Part shown: piece after piece, positions 26,309 through 38,607 of the stretch | Position numbering within the stretch: the stretch's first letter is position 1 | How the letters are laid out: each line of letters opens with the position of its first letter | NCBI GenBank assembly: GCA_051294905.1 | Contig: CM119372.1 | Coordinates: forward strand, 20,772,001-20,836,000 | DNA length: 64,000 nucleotides | Direction of reading: 5' to 3' | DNA from: Botryllus schlosseri | Taxonomy: Eukaryota | The notes under the pieces: model-generated | Told to the model about the DNA's origin: nothing | The model's database searches: none | What the model saw: the letters and a program-made list of their open reading frames with translations, nothing else | Position numbers and translations under genes: made by a program

Positions 26309-26651
26309 TCGCGTTACTACTAACTATTTCCTCTCGATTATGTTGTAACATATCTTGTATTGAGTCAGAAACAATAACTGCATAACCGCTACTACCTCAT
26401 CTCGCGTGTATTGTACAGTGTACAGCTGCATCGGCTTGTATATCACGAAGCAGCGTGGTCTATTATACCAATATAGAGCATGTATATTGTATAGTTGTAT
26501 ACACATTACACATTATACCTCGGTATACACATTACGCATTATACCTCGATTGCTTTTCGTACTTAAGTTATGCCAACGCGCAACCGCTAGACACATATAC
26601 CGCATTGTTACTGTGTTCTATCAAAAATATCATATGATAGGTGATCCGTGA

Positions 26652-27809
26652 TAGGGATGGTGCTAATTCAAGGTTCGCGTTCGTGTTCTGTGATTAGAGA
26701 TTCGTAATATGGAAATTTCTGTTCGGAAAAACATTTCAATGTTCGTTTCTGATAGAAAAAACTACAAAATGTTGTACTTTTTGATAGTGAAATATTTCGC
26801 GCCCCCTATCGTCATATCACAAGATACAGCCAGAATTCCAACAATCCCAACGGATAGTTCGATGGCATAGAAGGTTGTGACTGTTGATGAGAAATTCTCA
26901 AACATGAGATTAGGACTATACACAGAACAACACCAATGAAATGAAGGTGAATCGCGCCGCGTGCGAAAAACTTTTTTCGCGACCCCTTCAGATGCTTTCA
27001 CGCCCCCAACGCGAGCCGCGCCCCCCACTTTGAGAACCACTGTCTTATCGGTCGTTAATGCATATAGTGTCGACATTGTGAAATAGATCCACTATCATAC
27101 CGAAAATCAAACCAACTCAGCTTGCCTCATCCCACAAGACATATATTGCATACTATTTTTTTAGATTGTGATACTAGCCGATGACATATGTTTATAGAAA
27201 CAGCAGGTAATGTATTTCCAGAGGTGGTGAATAACGAAGTACTCAAGTAGGTATTGCCTACTTTCACCACTTAATCAAGTACAATGTTATGATTTTTAGA
27301 GTACTTCCACTTCTACTTTATAGTTTCCCGTGTTTACGCCAAACTAGGCATTGAATACTCAAGTTTTATCTACTTGAAAATTACTCCTTCTACTGCAGTG
27401 CTTGAGTAGAAGTTTACAACGTCACTTCTACTTACTTCTACTTACTATTACTACTACGACTACCTCTTGGTATTAAAGATTCGTTGTTGGAATGTAGTTG
27501 ACTGTTTACAAGGTAAATTGGACATTCCAATGCCTATGCAAAGCGAGGTAATCTCATCTTAATAATGATTGCGCTCCGTTACGCAACCTACAATTGAATG
27601 GCAATACACACGCGGCCCATGACTGTGATTTCGGCATTTAGAAATCGTGTGTTAAACGTAATTAGGTTTCTAACAACGTACAATAAAACGCGTTTCGGAC
27701 ATATGATTGAATATGTAATGAGAAGCCGAAAGTTCGCGATCGCATTCACTAACGGACAAAGTCTGGGTTCCAAAGAATTCGCACCTTTCAAGGGTTAGCA
27801 CCATCCCTA
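26652..27809. mobile_element. hAT-like element with TAGGGATGGTGCTAA termini and nested fragments
   Basis: 15-bp perfect TIR TAGGGATGGTGCTAA/TTAGCACCATCCCTA. No TSD is visible. Confidence 0.5.
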
Positions 27810-28165
27810 CTTATCGCTATGCTCAGTATATATTTTCGACATGATTTTTTTGGAATTTATTGATCGTTAGTTATAACTTGCAATATTGTTCTTGAAATAT
27901 TTACCGTCGGCGTCCGTGCTTTCGGTATGGAATGAGTGTTATAAAGTCGTTCAAGCAGTCTTGGATTTATCAAAATATACTATTGACGAGAGAAGAAATA
28001 GCCGCTTTATTTGTCGCCAAGCAGTGTTATTAATCAATTAATCATTCGTCGTCGTTAGTATTTGTATCGGTACAAGACGCAATGACAAGGATTAACCAAC
28101 TGAGCCAACTCCACCCGAAAGCAGACATCGATTCTTCTACGCTTCGAAATGTAGTTTCTAGATAG

Positions 28166-29140
28166 TAGGGATGGTGTGAACCTCTGAAAGGTTCAGGTTC
28201 GTGTGAACGTGAACCTTTTTGAAAGGTTCTGTGTGAACACGAACGTGAACCTCGTGACGTCACGTGACGTCATATTGCTAATTCCAACCCTTTATTTCAA
28301 TGAAGGGATAGCCTAATATGCCCTATATTAATGTACACGATACCTAGCGAAGATTCGGCCCACATAATGCCACAATGCTGAAGTACATATCGGCGTTTAA
28401 AAGGTCGCTAAATGTATCAACCGCGGTAATCAAAGGATATAATAATTGCATAAAATCAGTACATTCCGTCGCTTTGCCAACAATTTCGACGAGGACTTAC
28501 CAGGGAACATAGGCTTACGCCTTTACTGTCTTAGCCAGACCGGACAATATGTTCGGAGTCTGAGTATTGCTACATTGATATTGAGCAGAGTGTACAACGG
28601 GTTTCTATACTCGCTACCGATACCACTAACAACAAGTTATGCAGCAGTAGCACGCACCTTAATCGCACGGATTTGGTTTTAATGATACAGTAAAGATATG
28701 AAGTCAAGATTGACCCAGTACGACCGTTCGATTTTTTACATCAGAAGACAATATCAATGTCATTGATTGGTTGACTGACTACGTGTATCGATTGCGGGTC
28801 AGGCTCACAGCAGAGAGTCACCAAATATTCACAAACGGAAAGCTGGATATTCCGAGAAAATTTTTGCAACAAAGCAAGTACAACTTTTAAGGTTGTCGAG
28901 GTGCATGGTGCATGCTCGTTTAGTGTTGATTTTTTATGCTGCCAGCACCATGCATGGAGTGGCCCGCAGTTCAAATGCAATAAATTTGAGCCAAAGATCT
29001 TATAATGGAGTGAAAATTACAATTTACCAAAAGGTTCACAGTGCAGAACCTACCAAGGTTCTGTTGTGAACGCGAACCTCTAAATTTCCGAGGTTCACAC
29101 ACAGAACGCGAACGTGAACCTCAAGTTCACACCATCCCTA
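28166..29140. mobile_element. ~1-kb non-autonomous hAT-like element, family TAGGGATGGTGTGAAC, copy 1
   Basis: TIR TAGGGATGGTGTGAAC/GTTCACACCATCCCTA; GAACC/GGTTC subterminal repeats; TSD CTAGATAG/GTAGATAG. Confidence 0.9.
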
Positions 29141-30700
29141 GTAGATAGTGTTGTCATAGATTAACTTACAGTACGCCACATCGCAGTCTTATGTATAGCA
29201 TTCCTATCGACTAGATGCGGTGCTCGTTGGTTCAATATCACCACTGTTGACTGTTGACTCTCCACCCGGCTCGGTTATGACAGAGTTCGGATGCTATCGG
29301 AGAGTTATTAAGGTGTCATTCAAGTTTGTTATCAAAACCTATCCATATGATGGCGATAGAGTTGCATTTAAAACAAAAATCAATTTAATAGAAACATGTT
29401 TAAAACATGGCCCTTGTTTAACTGTAGATAACTAACCTACGTAGATTAGTTATCTATAGTTTAACCATGCTTTTTATTGTTTTTTTTAGCCATGACGTCA
29501 CGTATCTTTAATTGTGGCGTCACAGTGACAATTGAAAATATATGGTAAAAGTGGCTCCTTCGCTTAAAACAGGCTTCCGGATGCATTCCGGTTAGTGGTC
29601 CTGCGAACTGTATAATCGAAATATACGGCGATACTTCCGGACATGAACGTATGATGATGGGTACAAAATGCGCATTTCCGTATTCAACGTAATGATGTCA
29701 GACTTCCTTGCGGCACATCGTCCACCTATTATAATTTTATTTGTCTCATAACAGCCGTTCGATTCTCACCTGGTGTTCGCTTTGAATTGATTTTAGAGCA
29801 ATTAGTTTGCAGTGCAAATCGGTATATCATTTAATTATAGCTAGGACAAGTTTTTGTTGCACTAAAATCGCGAGAAAGTTGCATTTAATCTTGACAAAAG
29901 TTGCAGTAAAAAGTTTCATTTATAAGTTTTGTTGAATTAGTCGGGTATGAGATACTCGAAAGGTTACGCTCCTGCAGAGCTGTCAAATTTGTTACTTTGC
30001 CATTTCACGGATATTCTGGAAAGACCGCCAAAATTATATATTTTTCCTGTACACAGCAAGAAAATTACGCAATGCAGGAATAATTTTATCCCAAAGAGCC
30101 AAACAGCATAACGATTACCCCTCCCCATAAAACAAGTCAAATAACACACCCATAACCCCCAATGGTCTGCCAGCTTGAACGGCCCCTTGCGACGACGCGA
30201 ATTCTGTCGTCTCGATAATTTCTCGCACAGGCGGGATTATCCAACAAGTGGTTGCCAATTTCAGAATTTCAGGCTTGGTTGTTCCGCATCAATCTTGAGG
30301 GGATGAGTCGAGGGTTGAGCTTTTCACCCAGTGTGAAGCGTGTGTTCTAATAAGTCTGGAGACATGCTGATTTATGCGTTCCTGCAAATCGGGTTTGTAT
30401 GACCTATGATTAAATTTTGGAAGCAATCAGTCCACCACGTCAATCATGTAGGCTACTACTACTTTTAGAGAAGTAGCCGTTTTGGCTGGAACACTGAAAG
30501 ATTTCGTCACGTTAAGATTGGAATTGAATAACGGATCATGGGTGTAGGTAAGTAATGACTAGGGCAGGGGTGTCAAACATACGGCCAGCGGGCCGCATCT
30601 GGCCCGCGGACCGATTCTGGGCTGATTGATATATATTTATAATATCCATCATATTTGTAACAAATGTCGAGAGTTTTTGTAGGAATTTCTTCCTTTAAAT

Positions 30701-32558
30701 CAGTGGTTCTTAACCTTGCCTCCAGCGCCCCCGAGGGGCGCTGGCGATTTTGAAGGGGCGGAAACGCTCAGGGGGCGATATGGGGGGCGCTTGGCTCAGG
30801 GGGCGGTATGGGGGGCGCTGGAGAAAAATGGCTTTGCAGTAGATGATGTGGTGTTAGGACATATTCCTAATGAGTATTCAGAGTGAATTAACACCGAAAA
30901 CTTCGTTATATATAGCCTACAAAAGACATATAGGTTTAATTGTCCATGGGCGCCTAAATGACTGGCACCGAATGTTCCTGTCTTGGCAATCTGAACCCCA
31001 GAAGACGAATTCCATCTGGCAGGGAAAAATTATATGCAAGTGAAGAAATAGGCCTACCACTCTGAAATCGTGTGCGTCTTTTAGTTTAGTACGATTGGGC
31101 GACAGGGATATCTAAAACTAAATATTCCTGTTGGGCGATATCCCTGTTGGGCGATTCTATATTTTTTTATATAGCAGACAGGAGGTCACGAAATACCATC
31201 ATGCAACGAAGTCATACCAACGGGCTCGCCCGCCCGAATATGTTTAATTATCAGTTAAGGGCCTACAGTTTTCAAGACACCTCACAATGTTCGCTCTAAG
31301 TTTTGATGAGTCTGCGCACAGTCTGCGCTGGCCCTTGGACAACAGTACGTAACGACTAAAAAAAGGTCATAACTTCGGATTTGTTGTGCGCAACGTAGAT
31401 TTTCTGTGCGCAAAGACCGTGCACTGCGCACGTGCGCAACTTAGAGGGAACATTGCACCTCACTCAGCTCTACAGGTAAATCTGGTAACGAGAGCAGAGA
31501 GGACAAGAAATTGATAGCAATATATATGCAATTCCCGATCTTACTGACCGATTTTATTATGAATTATCGAAAGTTTTCGCGCTTCGCACTGGCTCGCTAA
31601 ACAGTACAGCTGATTCCTGGCAAAAGCGAACGACGTGATGGGGGACGGTCGGTTTATCACCCTATGGGATCCCAAGACCCAAGTTTTTTCGGGGGCCTGA
31701 CGAAGTGCCGTTTCGTTCCTGCCAACGGGTATACGCCCGAAGATGTATAATTATTATTGAGGGGTCCTACCTTTTCAATCACACATCACCCAGCTTTACC
31801 GGTAAATCTGTTCACGCGAGCAGAGAGAGGATAAAAATTGATCTCAATATAGCCTACATGCAATTCCCGATCATATTGACCAATTCAATCATTAATTAGT
31901 GAAATTTTTCGCACTTCGCGCGGCTAGGCGAGAATAGCTGCCTCAGTAAATGGACACCCAATGCAGATGACTAGTTTCAGCATTTAGCGGATAGCCGAAG
32001 GGGGGGGGGTCTGGGGGCTGTTTGGTTTACCACCCGATGGGGGCCCAAGACCAACGTTTTTTTGGGGGGGGGCGGCTGACGGAGTGCTGTTACGGCCCTG
32101 GTAACAAATTAATTGTACCTAAGGGCACGCCCAAATATGTTTAACTATTAATTAAGTGCCCTTTATTTTCCCATACAACAGCTCACTCAGCGCTACTGGT
32201 AAATCTGATTACGTGGGCTTAGAGGATAAAAAGTTTATAGCAACTTTTACATGTAATTACCACCTATTCATTCATGCATTATAGAAAATTCTGGTACCTA
32301 GGGCGACCAGGCCACACAAACTTTGCTGACCATCGAAATCACGCTGCGGGGTTCTTGGGGGCAAAGCTTTCAGACGTTTGGTTTATCACGCTATGGGTGC
32401 GCAAGGCAATCGTTTTTAGGGGGGTTGACGAAGTGCTGTTACGGCCCTCCCTCTTACTCATTGTCTTTATTACATTCCTTACAATATGAGGTTGGGGGCG
32501 CTGGAGCACGATAATTTTTGAAAGGGGGCGCTGGAGGAAAAAAGGTTAAGAACCATTG
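30701..32558. mobile_element. Nested hAT-like element with internal ~300-bp degenerate tandem repeats
   Basis: CAGTGGTTCTTAACC/GGTTAAGAACCATTG; perfect TSD CTTTAAAT; GGGGGCGC subterminal motifs. Confidence 0.88.
31285..31455. mobile_element. Small MITE (third nesting level)
   Basis: CAATGTTCGCTCTAAG/CTTAGAGGGAACATTG; flanked by the direct repeat CACCTCA; TGCGCA subrepeats. Confidence 0.75.
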
Positions 32559-34068
32559 CTTTAAATAATACAAATGCAAATATGCAAATAATTCAGGACA
32601 GGAAATGTAGAGCATGTCCATTGTCCGTATAGGCCACATTATTACAAATCGACTGTTGCGTTGTGGTTTCTTTCTAGTTACCACTGGGAAAAGTCGGTGA
32701 CTTTATCACCCAATTTCGATAAGGCATTGAGGTCACACTAAGTTTCGAGTTCTACGGAAAAATGAAACAAAATACGTAGTTTTTCACAGAAGCAAACACG
32801 CCAATGCGAAACCGTTATATGCAGTTTGCATCTAGAACATATAGTGGTCATAGAAAAATACAATGCAAATATCCGTGGTTGCACTGCCGAGTCACTTCTC
32901 ACTCAAAAGGTGCCCACTGCCCTGCCCAGTTTTCAGACAAACCCGAATCGCCATTGTTCGCGAATAAAGGTGTTACTACTTGTTAGAATAAAACCCCTAT
33001 GATCCGTGGTACAATGCATTATACTATTATCTGTATATACTTGACAATAAAGTAAAAAGATAGGGCATCATTTTAAAATCAGTTGACTGGTGCAGCCCGC
33101 GAGCGATTTGATGGTTTGAGTCCGGCCCACGACGCAGTTTGAGTTTGACACGCCAGGACTAGGGCCAGTTTTTGCAACTTTTGTAACTTTTTTTTACAGC
33201 TTCCGGCAGTTTCCTAGATACTCAGAATCCAGCATGTCCTATGATGTTTTATTGTGTTTGGAGGGATTTTATAGTGCAACTTTTCGCAACTTTTCTATAT
33301 TTTTCATGTCAATTTTTACTGCAACTTTTATCAAATATTGCGCAAAATGTAAAGGAGTCATTTAAAAAACATGCCAAATTATTCTAGTATTGTTCTTTTC
33401 TCTTTGATTTACATAACAAAAAGCTATATGAATGGTTAACTGCATCTCACTGTTATCTATGACACAATGGCTTGCAAGCTAGAAATTAACCTACCATGCC
33501 AAGTACGACCGTGTCCGAACAATATGTAAATAGATCGCTTTATTAATTCTGTCGTTTGAATCTGAGATAATTTCCCAGGCCTAGTGGGCTTGGGTGTGGT
33601 ATTTGACTTGTTCTAGGGGGAGGGAGGGGTGGATTATCGCTTTGCTGTTTGGCTTTTTGGGAAAAATTGTTTCCGCATTGAGTCATTTTTTTTGCTGTGT
33701 ACGGGGAAGAGATGCAATTTTTGGCGTTTCCGCCAGACCTTCCGTGAACTGACACAGAATTGCTGTCAGGAATAGGATTCAAACTAAAATAATCTAAAAA
33801 TGTATTCATGATCGTGATCAAACGAATAGCGAGAAAAAAATGGATCAAGCATGCACCCTGCAAATCTTAAACTGTTGGGTTATGCAACGGAACCTTTCGA
33901 GCATCTCATACCCTAATAATTTGTAAAAAATTTATAAATGCAACTTTTTACTGCAACTTTTGTTAAAATGAAGTGCAACAAAAACTCACACCAGGCCTAG
34001 ACTAATGACACCAACTCGCTCAGTCGTTCATATTGGCTCGTAAGGACCTATCCGTGATCTCCATTAAC

Positions 34069-34401
34069 TGGGGTTGCCATACGTTCTCTTTTAAGAGGAT
34101 TTGTCCTCTTTTTGACATTTTTGTCAAGTGTCCTCGGAGGACGCCCAAATGTCCTCTTTTGAGATTTTGTCCTATTATTTGAGAATTTTGGTTAAATATA
34201 GGGCAAAATTCGACCAGGATAGAGTGAATCAGCACTGAAGTAGCGCTCTGCCGGCTATTTCGAGAGCTGACTTTTTTTTTAGTCCACCGACCACGAAGTG
34301 GAAGAATTTATCACTTTCTCAGGATTTTCATCCGGTATTGCAAGTCTGAAATTTTCGACAAAATGTCCACGTTTTCAGATTTCCAAAATATGGTAACTCT
34401 A
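34069..34401. mobile_element. hAT-like MITE (TAGGGTTACCAT family)
   Basis: TGGGGTTGCCAT/ATGGTAACTCTA termini; CATTAAC flanking repeat; homologous to 39638-40068 and 54659-55607. Confidence 0.75.
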
Positions 34402-35080
34402 CATTAACGCAAACCACGCTTCACAGTGAAGCTCGTCTTCCGACACACGCACTGCTCGAACGTGTAACGGTGGCATGTGTCGGAAGACGAGGACGATATT
34501 TCATATCGTGGTCCAGTAATCTCGAGCGAGCGCTGACTAGTATTCAGCTGAAAGGTCTCAAGTACGTCGTTCGGAGACGCTTGGCCGACATTGGGAATCG
34601 TCGCAGGCTTTTCTTTGGCGATCGCAGGGCTTTAGAAACACCATGTTGCTTGACTCCAAAGAATGGAATGAATGATAATGGAAGGCTCCGTTGGCGACGC
34701 ATAAGTCACTACAGTTTTCACAATTATGATAATACAATTGTGCGTGGGCCCGACGAGCCAATCCTGTATCATTAAACAGAAAGCATTCAACCATGCAATT
34801 GACTTTTCTGTCTATATATATACAATATACATAGTACACACACTCTTTACAATACAGCTGGAAAGTATCTCCCGGCCAAATAGCCACACTGCGTCACAGT
34901 ATAGCAAGTACAGCTTTGCTTCTCTTGAAATTAATAGCGTACTCTCAAGTCTCAAGTCCGCAGCGATAGTTGTTCCACGGAGACGAGTCGAGTATTTTAA
35001 AGTAGGCTCCATTTCCGTTTTGCCGTTCTACGAAAGTTCTCGTTTATTCTTGCAGTACAGCTCCATCCACTACCAGTGAG

Positions 35081-37543
35081 ATGTCATACGAAGGTATAGC
35101 CGATTTCGATGATGAACGACATTTAGTCGAATGTTTGAGGGATCTCTGCACGCCTTATGGAGACGAACGGAAATCAGAGTTGCGAAGGAGCGCTGACATA
35201 CTCCTCAAATATGGTCGGCTCTATGCACGAAAGTCCATGTTATCAACTGGGACGGATCAGAAATTGAATTTCATCAAATGCGCTGCGTTGTTGAATGCAT
35301 GTAAATCTAGATGTGAGATGTTCCACGATTATACGAAAAACTGTGAAGCTGTGAGTGCCATCCAGGACGTTAATCGCATGTTGGTAAGAGCGTGTAACGG
35401 TACTGGATTCGAAGAAATCGCGGTAACAGCAAACAACGTGAAAAGGAGATTCAAGGAGCTCCGCTTGAGGGAACTTCAGGATCTTGAACGTTTAGGTATC
35501 ATCGGTGATGACATCGCAGAACAAGTAGCGCGTGATGCCCAGGAAAGTAAAATACTTACAGTAAAGCGACTAATAGAGAAAAATACTGCAAATTTCAAGG
35601 CCTTGATGTGTTATATCGCGAACAAATGCATTGAAATTCTTGGCGAAAATCCGTGTCAATTCAGTATTTTGGGATTGGGGTCGTTAGCCCGAGGAGAAAT
35701 AACTTTGTATTCTGATTTTGAAAACGTAATTATTTTGGAAGATGGCGTAGAAAATCATCAAAACTATCCAGACATTTTGGAATATTTCCGGTGGTTCGCG
35801 GTACTTTTTCAGATTATTATCATCGGTCTTGGAGAGACTATGCTCCCAAGTGTTGGAATCGAAACTCTAAACAATTTCTATTCTGAAGATAAGAGAAAGA
35901 ATTGGTTCTTCGATGCGTACACTCCATCAGGAGTTGCGATTGATGGCATGATGCCTCAAGCTTGCAAAACACCATTTGGAAGGCCATATGGCACACCGAA
36001 CAAGCCTCATACAGTCGAACTGATACAGCCAGTGCGAAAAATGGCATCGTTTCTTTCTTCTGAGGAAGACTTGAAGAATGGGTATAACTTAAAGGATGTG
36101 CTACGGCAGTCGTGTTTTGTTTTTGGCTGCGATGTCGTACATAATGACTTCGCGAGGCATTCCCGTGACATACTGAGGTATTATAAAGAACGACATGTTT
36201 GGTCTGAAGTGAGACGTCTGGTCGCAGAAAACATTAACGATATGGTCAAAGGCTTACCACGCATTCAACTAGGGAATTTCGATATCGACACCAAGTCATT
36301 AATGTACAGACCTTTGGCAACTCTGTTTAGTTACGTTGCTCATGCTAGAGAAATGAATGGAAATTCATCGGGATTCGAGATCTTATCGAAGCTTGCGCCA
36401 GGTCAAAATGTTTCTCTGCGCCACCGGTTATCATGGGCCTTCGCCGTCAGTTGCGAGTTGAGGATGAAGGTATATGGAGTAGGTGGCGGCTCCAGACAAC
36501 GGGTAGTTCGAGAGGATATTCACAAATTCGTAGGGAAATCCTGTCTTCATAACTGCATTCAAATGTGTCTCAGGTTATCAACAATTCTAGCAAGCGCTGA
36601 TGCGAGTTGGGAAGAAATTTTGAAAAGTCCAAATTATTCTGAAAATGGAGTAGCAGACGCCGGCGCTGAAGCACATACTCTTCTTTGCAACCATGGCAAA
36701 GCGATCGAATGTTACGAGAAAAGTTTTATGTTATTAGAAAGCAGGAAGAAGCTAGGAGAATATGAAGAGTTGCAGTTCGTACAATGTTGCGGCGCTCTTG
36801 GAACAGCATATTATGAACTGCATAAACAGACACAGAGTCACAATGAAAGGAGAGAAATGTTGAAAAAAGCTAAAAGGTACATTCTGTGGAACGGAGACAA
36901 ATATCTGAAAGATCCAATCGGAGCAGGGACCCTCGTAAATGTGTATTTTAAGGAGAATAATTTCAAAGCTGCGCTAAATACATGCGAACAATTGATCGAA
37001 AGGCATAAAGCAAAGAAATTGAAAAGTTTGCCTGTTATTAAACGTCTTATGGTGCATTCGTTACAAAATACGAGGAGTCCTTCGCGCGTCATCTCTTATT
37101 GCGAAGAAGCATTGTTGAAATATGACGATGTCGCATCTAATCTGGCGTTCAAATTCGGTATCGCTGTTGCTAAATTTCAAGTTACAGGCACTGAAGAAGT
37201 ATTGTCTGAATTTGTCGAGTTTCTTACATCAGAGGGAACCAAGCAAGGGAATAAAAATACAATACTTCAGTACCTGTCACGAATTATTGTACTACAGCAT
37301 CAAATCGCAAGTTCGGCCGTTTTGAAAAGCTGGAAATATTTCGAGATGATAATGGAATCGAAAGTACAATTTGTACCAGATCAAAAAATCGATATGTTAA
37401 ATCATCCGATATTCGCAAAAGCAAGGGATTGGATGAAGCAAAGGCTACGCGAAAGGACAGACTCGATCAGCTCAGCTGACGAGGAGAAACTAAAATATGT
37501 TAAAAGTGCCATGTGGGATCCGTTGAATATTCCTACTGAATAA
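35081..37543 (+). CDS. Intronless 820-aa protein: GlnD/DUF294-like Pol-beta nucleotidyltransferase + helical substrate-binding-like domain + TPR-like C-terminus
   Basis: Uninterrupted 2463-nt ORF. Motif LGLGSLARGEITLYSDFE (aa 197-214) fits hG[GS]x9-13Dh[DE]. Candidate third carboxylate is D288 in GVAIDG. Helical segment DTKSLMYRP..SCELRMKVY. TPR-like segments HGKAIECYEKS, ALGTAYYELH, NNFKAALNTCEQ. Confidence 0.85.
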   Translation: MSYEGIADFDDERHLVECLRDLCTPYGDERKSELRRSADILLKYGRLYARKSMLSTGTDQKLNFIKCAALLNACKSRCEMFHDYTKNCEAVSAIQDVNRMLVRACNGTGFEEIAVTANNVKRRFKELRLRELQDLERLGIIGDDIAEQVARDAQESKILTVKRLIEKNTANFKALMCYIANKCIEILGENPCQFSILGLGSLARGEITLYSDFENVIILEDGVENHQNYPDILEYFRWFAVLFQIIIIGLGETMLPSVGIETLNNFYSEDKRKNWFFDAYTPSGVAIDGMMPQACKTPFGRPYGTPNKPHTVELIQPVRKMASFLSSEEDLKNGYNLKDVLRQSCFVFGCDVVHNDFARHSRDILRYYKERHVWSEVRRLVAENINDMVKGLPRIQLGNFDIDTKSLMYRPLATLFSYVAHAREMNGNSSGFEILSKLAPGQNVSLRHRLSWAFAVSCELRMKVYGVGGGSRQRVVREDIHKFVGKSCLHNCIQMCLRLSTILASADASWEEILKSPNYSENGVADAGAEAHTLLCNHGKAIECYEKSFMLLESRKKLGEYEELQFVQCCGALGTAYYELHKQTQSHNERREMLKKAKRYILWNGDKYLKDPIGAGTLVNVYFKENNFKAALNTCEQLIERHKAKKLKSLPVIKRLMVHSLQNTRSPSRVISYCEEALLKYDDVASNLAFKFGIAVAKFQVTGTEEVLSEFVEFLTSEGTKQGNKNTILQYLSRIIVLQHQIASSAVLKSWKYFEMIMESKVQFVPDQKIDMLNHPIFAKARDWMKQRLRERTDSISSADEEKLKYVKSAMWDPLNIPTE

Positions 37544-37606
37544 CATATATCTCATGGCTATTACATTGATTCACACTATTCACTCTAATATTAATAGTGA
37601 AATTAC

Positions 37607-38607
37607 TAGGGATGGTGTGAACCTCTGAAAGGTTCAGGTTCGTGTGAACGCGAACCTTTTTGAAAGGTTCTGTGTGAACCCGAACGTGAACCTCATGACG
37701 TCACGTGACGTCATATTCCTAATTCCAACCCTACATTTCAGTGAAGTGATAGCCTATAATAACGTACATTGTAACTAGCGACGACTCGGGCCACATAATG
37801 CCGCAATGCTAAAGTACATATTGACGATTTAAACGTCGCCAATGTATCAACTGGGTCAATCAAATGATATAATAATCCCATATAATCAATATCTTCCGTC
37901 GCTTTTCCAAAAAATTCGACGATGACTGGCAAGGGAATATAAGCTTACGCCTTAACGGTCTGGGCCAGACCGGACAACGTATTCGGCGTCTGAGTATTGC
38001 TACGTTGATATTAAGCAGAGTGTAAAATGGGCTCCTCTGCTACCAATATTACTCCATTAACAAAGTTATACAGCAGTAGCCAACACCCTAATCGCACAGA
38101 TTTGGTTTTTATGATATAATAAACATATGAAATCAAGATTGACCACGTATGCCTGCTAGATTTTTTACGTCAGACAACGATGTCAATTTCATTGATTGGT
38201 TTAATAAGCATCATTGGTTGTCTACCTAGGCTACATATATTGTGTCACTCTTGATGTTGTGTGATTGTGGGTCAAGCTCACTGCAGAGAGTCAATAAATA
38301 TTCACAAACGGAAAGCTGGATATTTCGAGCAAACTTTTGCAACAAAGCAAGTAAAAGTTTTGAGATTTTCAAGGGGTATGTTCGTTTAGTGTTGATTTTT
38401 TATGCTCCCAGCGCCATGCATAGAGTGACCCGCAGTTGAAACGCAATAAATTTCAACCAAAGATGTTATAATAAGGCGAAAATTGTAATACATGAAAAAG
38501 GTTCACAGTGCAGAACCTACCAAGGTTCGTTTGTGAACGTGAACCTCTCAATTTCCGAGGTTCACACACAGAACGCGAACGTGAACCTGACGTTCACACC
38601 ATCCCTA
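37607..38607. mobile_element. Family TAGGGATGGTGTGAAC, copy 2
   Basis: Same TIRs; perfect TSD GAAATTAC. Confidence 0.92.

Larger units (their letters stand above)
30565..33156. mobile_element. hAT-like element hosting nested insertions
   Basis: CAGGGGTGTCAAAC/GTTTGACACGCCAG termini; perfect TSD GACTAGGG. Confidence 0.85.
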
